Part shown: one piece after another, positions 26,041 through 33,501 of the stretch
How the letters are laid out: every line of letters begins with the position of its first letter
How positions within the stretch are numbered: position 1 is the stretch's first letter
Source of the DNA: a virus
Direction: 5' to 3' (one strand)
IMG/VR virus record: IMGVR_UViG_3300021960_000030
Location: 47,865-111,864 of that record
Length of the DNA: 64,000 bases
Made by a program: the position numbers and the translations under genes
Notes under the pieces: model-generated
Database searches by the model: none
Seen by the model: the letters and a program-made list of their open reading frames with translations, nothing else
What the model was told of the DNA's origin: nothing

Positions 26041-28278
26041 TTAGGGTACTACTGGAGCACCATCATCACCAGCATCCTTCGGAAGGTGAACAACTTCATA
26101 GTCCGAAGATGCAGTTTCAAATCCTTGCACTGCAACTGCAATCTGTGCAGAAGCATATGCAAGCAAGTTCTGACCAGGACCAACTACGATTGCAGTATCG
26201 CGTTGCTGATCGTTGTTAGCAATAGACTTATCATAGAGCAGATAATCTTGACTCTCTGCCTCGTCCACATCTACATGCACAGCATCAGAGACAGTTGCAA
26301 CAGTAAATGTTACGTTTGCTGCACCACCTGCACCCAATACAGAGTCATTGATTGTGACAGTATCGGCGGCAATGAAGTCTGAACCACCATCAACAATGGT
26401 GAGAGTCACACCACCACCAGCAGCAACAACTACATTGAAGACTGCACTTACACCAGCAGCACTTGTAGACCATGCAACTGCATTGTATGTGCCAGGAACG
26501 CGAGAAGCGTCAGCACCACTCAGACCAGAAATGGTCAGGATCTTACCATCAACTGCTTGAACAAGTGTTCTGTTTGCGTTGTTCTGTGTAGGTGTAGTGT
26601 AGAACTCGTCGTTGTCTGCAAATGCTGCAGATCCGATGTCCAGAGATACCTTCAGCAGTGCTGTATCTGCATCGTATGCATGAACATAACCATAAGCACC
26701 AGGAGTGATGCCACCCTGCTGAATGGTTTGAGTTGTAGTACCAACGGTGAATGTATCAGCAGCAGTGAAAGGTTCGCCTGCTACTTTGTAGACATAGATC
26801 TCTTCATAGAGAGGTGCAAGTACGGGTTCAAATGTGAAACCACCACCAGCATCGTTAGCGTTGCCATCACCATCAACACCAGCATCAGAGAATGCATACA
26901 GTGTGGTGGGAATGTTGTCATCAATGGTGATCTGAGAGTATGCACCACCAGATCCAGCAGTACCAACCTTGATAACACCTGCAGTGTATTCTGTACCCGT
27001 CGAAGAGTTTGAACCTTCTTCGTTATCACCCGAGAACTTCAATGGGTGACCAGCATTGGAAGCATCCGACTGATCGAAACGATAAACTCTTTCGTTGTTT
27101 GCTGTGATCGGTTCAATAATCTCATGATCAGTTGCAACAGCACTGGTCTGAGAGAGAATGAAACTAGGAGTGATTTCAACATCCTGAGCAACAGTGAATC
27201 CCAGAGTTGCAGTTGCATTACTTGTACCGAAGGTAACGTTCTCGTCCTCGGTGAAGTAGTTAAGGAGATATTGACCAGAGTCGGTCAGAGCGGTGACAGT
27301 AGAACCATCGTTATGGTCAACGTCAGCAGTGCCATATGCACCACGACTAACAGTCAAATCGTTACCATTAACGTCGGTGACTTCCATCACTTCGTTATCA
27401 ATGGTGATAAACTGACCAGTAAGGAAACCAGTGGAATCAGTCAGTGTGAGAGTTACGTCACCAGCAGCAAATGTTGCACCTTCGTTAACTGTGGTTTGAG
27501 TTGCAGACAGAGTGAATGCAGTTACATACTCACCAGACTTGATTGCACGAGCAACAGTGCCATATGCACCACGAGTGATAGTCAGTGTGTTGTTGGTCAG
27601 GTTAATACCACCAACGTCAATGGTGACCAGTTCAGTAGTCGATGCTCCACCACCAGGGGGGAAAGAAGGACCAATGGTCAAAATCTGACTATCAGCAAGA
27701 CCAGTATTTCTGGAAACTTTTACTTGATTGGTACCAGAAGCAACATCAGGAATGTTGACGTGAGCAAGGTTGTCTTGTGCCAGGAAACCACGGTTTGTAG
27801 CAACCAAACCAGAAGTTGCACCAGTGATTGTCTCACCACCAACAGGTTGACCGACAACAGTTTCAGGAGCAAAAGGAAGATCAGAGATCTCTTCAAACTT
27901 CACATAGTACAGAATAGTATCGATCGGTTTGTACACGTCCAGCAGTTTGGCAGTAGAACCAAGTGCACTGCTAATAGTTGTACCAGGGACCGCCTGGGCA
28001 TATGTAAAACCAGGAGCAACCTTGAGTTTATATCCAGTAACGGGATTACCCTTTACAAACTGGTGCGTCGATGCTGCACCACCATTTGCATTGATTTGAG
28101 GACCAGAAACCCTGAGGATTTGATCATAATCTCTAAGTGCCAAGCGGTATGCTGCTGCACCACCAGACCAGTTGGCGGCAGTCACCATCACACTTGCGGT
28201 GCTATCAATGTCTGCACCATACACTACAGTGTTTGTAGTTGCAGACAGATATTTTGCTGCGAGTCTTCCTGCTGTCAT
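26041..28278 (-). CDS. Virion structural protein
   Basis: MTAGRLAA...; LTITRGAYGT/LTVSRGAYGT repeats; YRFDQSDASNAGHPLKFS. Confidence 0.75.
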   Translation of the reverse strand: MTAGRLAAKYLSATTNTVVYGADIDSTASVMVTAANWSGGAAAYRLALRDYDQILRVSGPQINANGGAASTHQFVKGNPVTGYKLKVAPGFTYAQAVPGTTISSALGSTAKLLDVYKPIDTILYYVKFEEISDLPFAPETVVGQPVGGETITGATSGLVATNRGFLAQDNLAHVNIPDVASGTNQVKVSRNTGLADSQILTIGPSFPPGGGASTTELVTIDVGGINLTNNTLTITRGAYGTVARAIKSGEYVTAFTLSATQTTVNEGATFAAGDVTLTLTDSTGFLTGQFITIDNEVMEVTDVNGNDLTVSRGAYGTADVDHNDGSTVTALTDSGQYLLNYFTEDENVTFGTSNATATLGFTVAQDVEITPSFILSQTSAVATDHEIIEPITANNERVYRFDQSDASNAGHPLKFSGDNEEGSNSSTGTEYTAGVIKVGTAGSGGAYSQITIDDNIPTTLYAFSDAGVDGDGNANDAGGGFTFEPVLAPLYEEIYVYKVAGEPFTAADTFTVGTTTQTIQQGGITPGAYGYVHAYDADTALLKVSLDIGSAAFADNDEFYTTPTQNNANRTLVQAVDGKILTISGLSGADASRVPGTYNAVAWSTSAAGVSAVFNVVVAAGGGVTLTIVDGGSDFIAADTVTINDSVLGAGGAANVTFTVATVSDAVHVDVDEAESQDYLLYDKSIANNDQQRDTAIVVGPGQNLLAYASAQIAVAVQGFETASSDYEVVHLPKDAGDDGAPVVP

Positions 28279-28284
28279 GTTTGA

Positions 28285-29619
28285 TTACCAACCTGCTTGG
28301 AAATAAGATTGAAGTCTAATAGAACCACCTAATGTCGGTGCCGAGAGAGGACCACCGAAGGTAATAGCAACATCACTAATGTTGTTTGTGGACAGCAATG
28401 TAGCGTTCGCGTTAGGGAACTGAATGGTCACTGTCTCTGTGATGTTAGAGGCATCGATAATAACTCTACCGTTCAGTTCTACAGGGTTATCGAAACTTGC
28501 GTTCTGAAAGATTTTGTTATTAACGATCTGAGTTGCTTGCTCAGCAACCAGTACATTACTGTTACCGCCATTATTTAGCGGGAATGCAATACTGCCCTCT
28601 GGGAAGGTGAAGTCCAGAGTGCTGTTTGAGTTGAGGTTTGTGAGGTTGAAGAAGACCTTCTTCGTTTCATCAGCGATGTCCTCAAGCACCGCACCTTTGT
28701 ATGATTTGTTGCTCAGTGTTTGGGATGCTGCTTCACCAACAACGATGACGTTCAAGTCAGGGAACGTAACTGTTCTATCTTGTGTCAGTCTAGACTGATC
28801 GAAGATGACGAAACGTGTGGGGTTGTTAGGATCGGTGGAAGGTGTGTTGGAGAACGTGGGGTTAACCATGTTCTTGTTATACACATCCTGATCAGTTACA
28901 TCATCAAGAAGTGTAGATGTAACAACAGCAGCACCAAAGTCAGGCAGTTTGTATGTGTGAGTACCAGGAGATTCCCAGGTGTCAACTTCAAACTTGGCAA
29001 CCTTTGATGCATTGGAAGAACCAATGACGCTGAGTTCAGAGTCCTTGATAATGATTGTCTTGTTAGAGACAGTCTGGACAGTGTTATCAGCAAGAAGAAC
29101 TGAAGATGTCAGTGTACCCAAGTCGGGCATATCCAGGCGGCGAGTACCAGTCTGGAGAGACACAGTATCGACGTTGAAATATACTTTCTTGCCAGGGTTT
29201 TGTGCACCGATGAAGATCGTATTTTGGTCAGTAAACTGCGAAATACCATTAACAGTAAAATAACCAGAACCCTGGGGAGAGATCTGGTAGTTAGAGTTAG
29301 ACGCCGCAGTGTCAATGACTCTGGTATTTACTGTGCTAGAACCATCAGTGTTGGCGATTCTAGAATGATATACAGAGGAGGTACCAAACGTTAGACCCAG
29401 TTCGTTAACCGCTGATTGATACAGACCTGTATCTCGGTCAAGGTCAAACGCCAGACCAGGCGCAGACTGTGATCCCGCAGCAACACCACGGAAGAGTTGG
29501 TTAACTTTTGCTTTCCTGTTAGGAATAAGAGGGTCGGAGATAACGATGGGCAGGACTGCCTCACCCGTCACCAATCCGTCCGCAATCGTATCTAACTGGG
29601 ATATTCTTTTGGTTGCCAC
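28285..29619 (-). CDS. Virion structural protein (fibre shaft repeats)
   Basis: GSQSAPGLAFDLDRDTGLY; repeated QTLSNK-like units. Confidence 0.75.
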   Translation of the reverse strand: MATKRISQLDTIADGLVTGEAVLPIVISDPLIPNRKAKVNQLFRGVAAGSQSAPGLAFDLDRDTGLYQSAVNELGLTFGTSSVYHSRIANTDGSSTVNTRVIDTAASNSNYQISPQGSGYFTVNGISQFTDQNTIFIGAQNPGKKVYFNVDTVSLQTGTRRLDMPDLGTLTSSVLLADNTVQTVSNKTIIIKDSELSVIGSSNASKVAKFEVDTWESPGTHTYKLPDFGAAVVTSTLLDDVTDQDVYNKNMVNPTFSNTPSTDPNNPTRFVIFDQSRLTQDRTVTFPDLNVIVVGEAASQTLSNKSYKGAVLEDIADETKKVFFNLTNLNSNSTLDFTFPEGSIAFPLNNGGNSNVLVAEQATQIVNNKIFQNASFDNPVELNGRVIIDASNITETVTIQFPNANATLLSTNNISDVAITFGGPLSAPTLGGSIRLQSYFQAGW

Positions 29620-29644
29620 TACGAAACAGTACGATTCTTCTGGT

Positions 29645-30223
29645 CTATTTATACAGACTTATTATAGGACTTTCCTGGGCATTTTTAGGCAACTTAGGCA
29701 ACTTGCTCGATCGAGTATTTGCCTTACGAAGATGGTGGTTGTCTGTGTAGTTAGATTCCTCTAGATTTCCGCCAGAGTTATTCATCTTGTTGTCGTCTTT
29801 GTGATCAACAACAGGTGTTCTTGGCCAACGTTTATTATAGAGGAAGAATGCAAGTGTGTGGTATTGAAACTTGAATGATTGCAACTCACCATGAATGTTC
29901 TTGCATGTCACTGCAACAACACGATAGTTTTTGTAACCATCCCATCCACCTAGGATTAGTTTACCATTACTCTTGCGGTAGATGTTACCTCTACACTGAA
30001 CCAGTGTTCTTCTCTCTGGATCTGTCTTCCACTTATAGTGGTCGATTACAGTATCCTTGAGTTCATACTTGTTTAGCAAATCTTGATCATCGATCTGCCA
30101 CCTGACGTTGTTTGGTGTGATAACACCCCTACGCTCCAGTAGATCGCGGATGTCAACATCATGTTTGTCTTTCAGCAGTTGTGCTGCCTCGACAAACTTA
30201 TCAAGCATCAAGTCCAAACTCAT
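29645..30223 (-). mobile_element. Free-standing HNH (homing) endonuclease
   Basis: HTLAFFLY...VVDHKDDNKMNNSGGNLE..NYTDN. Confidence 0.75.
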
Positions 30224-30605
30224 AACTATTCTCCAGGGTCATTGCAGAAATCTCATCATCCGTGTAGTTGGGAGCGTCAGGATTCAATACCCGAGAAAGT
30301 TTTGCTTTGAGATCAGCATTCTCGTACTTAAGATCAACGTAGTCCTCATTCTTGCAGAGTTCATACTCAGTCAATACTTTCTGCACAAGACAATCATCGT
30401 TGTCTTCAAAGAGAGCAATGTGCATACCCGCATCCATAATCTCATAATCAGAGAATCCCATGCTCCTCATGAAAGAAGCAAACAACCGAATCATTTGGTA
30501 TGGAAGGAGTTCTTCTGAAGGCACCTCCATCGTGATGGTTTGTTCAGGCAGCGTCATGTTGTCGAAATAGTTATCCTGACGATGATACTTCAGCGTGATC
30601 GACAT
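30201..30605 (-). CDS. Hypothetical protein
   Basis: 134 aa. Confidence 0.65.
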   Translation of the reverse strand: MSITLKYHRQDNYFDNMTLPEQTITMEVPSEELLPYQMIRLFASFMRSMGFSDYEIMDAGMHIALFEDNDDCLVQKVLTEYELCKNEDYVDLKYENADLKAKLSRVLNPDAPNYTDDEISAMTLENSYEFGLDA

Positions 30606-30961
30606 GTGATGTTCGTAACTGAGACTATCTTACCAGCACAGAAGGTCATTTGGCAAGTGGGCCAGTCTTCCCACTGTCCCTTCCAGTTGGCAGGATATGC
30701 TTCAATAACACCGTAGTATTCTGAGGCACGAACCTTACCGTGATTTCCATTGGGAACCCATGTTATACCCTTCCAGAAGGGGGTATCATCCTGCTCGTTC
30801 ACAGCAAAATCTTGGGTACCACTGTAATCAATCTCATAGAGTTGACCTGCAGGAGAAATCCAATACTCTGCCATCAAACAATCCAACGATTTAGTTTGAA
30901 GTTCTCCGTCCATACCTTTGCCTAGGTTATAGGAAGATCGGATAGTGTCGAACATGCCCAT
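30590..30961 (-). CDS. Phage hypothetical protein
   Basis: MGMFDTIR..LQTKSLDC.M..YWISPAGQLY. Confidence 0.7.
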   Translation of the reverse strand: MGMFDTIRSSYNLGKGMDGELQTKSLDCLMAEYWISPAGQLYEIDYSGTQDFAVNEQDDTPFWKGITWVPNGNHGKVRASEYYGVIEAYPANWKGQWEDWPTCQMTFCAGKIVSVTNITCRSR

Positions 30962-30973
30962 GTGAAATACCCA

Positions 30974-31486
30974 TTAAAAATAGTTTAGGTTAAGAACAAA
31001 ACGGCGGGTGTATCCAGTTGCGGATGCTGCTGTGTGTTCGTATTTTCCATCAAACACTAGCATCCTGTTACGGACACTTTTAATGATACCAATACTTTCA
31101 TCGGATGGTTCTAGGATTCTAGTATATCCGTTGTTAGTGTTCATGTAAAAGATGGCAGTCTTAGACTGCCAGTCTTTAGGAACATCAGTATGACTTCCCC
31201 ACTCTATACAGGATGGGGTTGAATGCGTCATATTTAGTTTGATTCTGATCCAACTCTTAACATTCAGACGTTCGGCAAAGGTTTCTTCAATCACATTATA
31301 GTATGGTGATTGAGGTTGGTCCTTGTCGTAAAACTTATGAACGTACTGATAGTTATATGTTGGATCAACCGAAGAAGTTTCCAGTTTTACATCGTAGAAC
31401 CATGGAAACTCTCGGTTGTACACAGTGGCATTGCATAATGAAGTGAAAACATCCTCTGGGAGGAAATCATCGATCACACTGCACAT
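30974..31486 (-). CDS. 2OG-Fe(II) oxygenase-like protein
   Basis: FPWFY, HTD, TAIFYMNTNNGYT, NRMLVFDG..EH, RFVLNLNYF. Confidence 0.8.
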   Translation of the reverse strand: MCSVIDDFLPEDVFTSLCNATVYNREFPWFYDVKLETSSVDPTYNYQYVHKFYDKDQPQSPYYNVIEETFAERLNVKSWIRIKLNMTHSTPSCIEWGSHTDVPKDWQSKTAIFYMNTNNGYTRILEPSDESIGIIKSVRNRMLVFDGKYEHTAASATGYTRRFVLNLNYF

Positions 31487-31504
31487 ACACTTCCTTCACA
31501 CGGA

Positions 31505-31577
31505 CTCCTCCACCTGGGCTCGAACCAGGGACATTTTGATTAACAGTCAAACGCTCTACCGACTGAGCTATAGAGGA
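31505..31577 (-). tRNA. tRNA-Asn (GTT)
   Basis: Cloverleaf; anticodon arm TTTGA-CTGTTAA-TCAAA; T loop TTCGAGC. Confidence 0.95.
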
Positions 31578-31602
31578 ATATTCGCTATTCGCAAATAGCG
31601 AA

Positions 31603-31675
31603 TGGAGAATAGCGGACTCGAACCGCTGACATCCTGCTTGCAAAGCAGGCGCTCTACCAACTGAGCTAATCCCCC
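31603..31675 (-). tRNA. tRNA-Ala (TGC)
   Basis: GGGGGATTAGCTCAGTTGGTAGAGC...CCTGC-TTTGCAA-GCAGG; G3:U70 pair. Confidence 0.95.
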
Positions 31676-31920
31676 TGGCGACCCTTTTATTGACGAGGTA
31701 GAGTCGAACCCCGTGGTGAATATAAGGTATGGACCCCCATATTCTTTTTCACTATGAAGAATGAAACATCATAGCGCCAGATGAGGGCAAGGGTATCTGC
31801 CTACGATAATCTACGATGCAGTATAGGGGACCCTTTATTTAATACAACGTTCCTTGTTGTACCCAAAGATGGAGTAAGCGTAATATACCTCATAAGGATA
31901 TAACAGAGGCTTACCCTCTA
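31676..31920 (-). ncRNA. Putative structured non-coding RNA(s) within the tRNA cluster
   Basis: No ORF; at least 6 stems, a T-loop-like GGTTCGACTC and a 3' CGCCA abutting tRNA-Ala. Confidence 0.5.
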
Positions 31921-32065
31921 TGTTGCCGTGTGTTTGTGAGACTAAATCAGACTGATTTGATAGACGCCCCACAGGATTCTATCATAAAATCTGAACCACG
32001 GTATCATATTTATGTGCAATCATCAACGAATATTAACGTTTTTGAGCACAAAAACATGTTTTTTG

Positions 32066-32137
32066 TCATCTGTCTGGGAATCGAACCCAGTTTCCAACTC
32101 CCTTGTCGGGGTGTCCTTACCAATAGACTACCAGATA
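32066..32137 (-). ncRNA. tRNA-like RNA with non-canonical anticodon arm
   Basis: Acceptor TATCTG/CAGATG, D arm GTCT-ATTGGTAA-GGAC, T arm CTGGG-TTCGATT-CCCAG; anticodon arm CCCC-GACAA-GGGA. Confidence 0.65.
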
Positions 32138-32141
32138 CCAA

Positions 32142-32215
32142 AGCCCACGGTCGGACTTGAACCGACGACCTACGGTTTACAAAACCGTTGCTCTATCCAG
32201 CTGAGCTACACAGGC
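32142..32215 (-). tRNA. tRNA-Thr (TGT)
   Basis: ACGGT-TTTGTAA-ACCGT anticodon arm. Confidence 0.92.
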
Positions 32216-32218
32216 ATA

Positions 32219-32305
32219 CGGAGAGTTAGGGATTTGAACCCTAGAAGAGGTAACCCCCTTACAGCATTTCCAGTGCTGCTCCTTCAACCACTCGGACAAC
32301 TCTCC
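32219..32305 (-). tRNA. tRNA-Ser (GGA)
   Basis: CAGCA-CTGGAAA-TGCTG, long variable arm, G73. Confidence 0.95.
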
Positions 32306-32505
32306 TCTTCTTTTTTGAGTTTGAAGTAGAGTTTGTAATACCTCTTCTTCATCTCGTCAAGGGTATCCATGTCTTCTTGGAAACCCATGTACTTAAGGAG
32401 CGAATATGACCCCTCAAGTTCACTTAGCAATCTTAGTATATTGACTGCTGATTTGTCAAACCCCCCAAATCGATATGCGTAGAAGTCGTCAGCCTGCTTC
32501 TTCAC
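32284..32505 (-). CDS. Cyanophage hypothetical protein
   Basis: 73 aa; 3' end overlaps tRNA-Ser. Confidence 0.7.
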   Translation of the reverse strand: MKKQADDFYAYRFGGFDKSAVNILRLLSELEGSYSLLKYMGFQEDMDTLDEMKKRYYKLYFKLKKEEESCPSG

Positions 32506-32774
32506 AATGGGATGTCCTGATAGTTCTCGATCATATCATCGATACAGAACAGAATAGGATGGCAACCTTCCTCAATAAGGTATGAGGAATGCCTATACAT
32601 GTCATCCATGTTATAGGTTATGTTTGCTTGCTGCTCCTCTGGGATGTCATCCACGGTGAGATTGATATCTTCCAGTTCATCAAAGGTGAATGGTACTCCA
32701 TTGATGAACCAAAACTTGACGATACCAACGTTCTCTAAAAGACCGAACCCACTATGGATCTTGTATTTTACCAT
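32502..32774 (-). CDS. Cyanophage hypothetical protein
   Basis: IVKFWFINGVPFTFDEL ... YLIEEGCHPI. Confidence 0.75.
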   Translation of the reverse strand: MVKYKIHSGFGLLENVGIVKFWFINGVPFTFDELEDINLTVDDIPEEQQANITYNMDDMYRHSSYLIEEGCHPILFCIDDMIENYQDIPL

Positions 32775-32966
32775 AGTCCTGCACCTGTACAGTATTATTT
32801 ATTACTGACACGCACAGTTTCCTCATGCATGATAATGTCAGTCTTCAGTTCAATGTCGTATAAACATTGAGCAACAGTGGAACATTTGCCCACATAAAAG
32901 TGCTGTTCATGTGTGATTAGTGTCCAATGGAATAGACAATCAATCTCACTATACCAGATCTTGATA

Positions 32967-33248
32967 TCAAGATTCAAGTTCTGTCTGCATTTCTTGGAGT
33001 TGTTCGCGTACATAATCACGGGTTCCAATCGGATCAACAAATGATTCAGGATCAATAGGCAATCCCAAATCTCCCCCAATGGGAGGATTGAAGGAGGTTG
33101 CTTCTTTGTAAGTTGGTAGAGGTACCATCATCACCCGTGTGCCGTCTTCTCGGATGATCTTGACGGAACTACCACGACAGACGAGGTTAAACAGGAAATC
33201 AAAGTTGTCTTGTGCTTCCTGTTCGGTTACTTCGATAATGTTGTTCAT
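32967..33248 (-). CDS. Hypothetical protein (Phd/YefM-like N-terminus possible)
   Basis: EVTEQEAQDNFDFLFNLVCRGSSVKIIREDG. Confidence 0.6.
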   Translation of the reverse strand: MNNIIEVTEQEAQDNFDFLFNLVCRGSSVKIIREDGTRVMMVPLPTYKEATSFNPPIGGDLGLPIDPESFVDPIGTRDYVREQLQEMQTELES

Positions 33249-33433
33249 AGGACAAAACAGAAATCTTCTTCAGGAACCATTGCCCTGATGTGTTGAATAG
33301 TGTCGGAGAATCCTTCGGTACCGTCCTCATCAAACTTCCACTGGATCTCCTCTTGATACCCTTCGGAATCAAGCATGACGACCTTGCGGGAAGAGATGTG
33401 AACCCAGCAGTGCTCAAGAGTGGTGTCAGACAT
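33245..33433 (-). CDS. Hypothetical protein
   Basis: 62 aa after a TTGCGG...TATGAT promoter. Confidence 0.65.
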   Translation of the reverse strand: MSDTTLEHCWVHISSRKVVMLDSEGYQEEIQWKFDEDGTEGFSDTIQHIRAMVPEEDFCFVL

Positions 33434-33501
33434 AGGGGGGTGTGTCGCTTACCCCCGTATCATAGCAAGTCTGTGTGGGTCCCGCAACCCCCCTGTGACA
33501 C

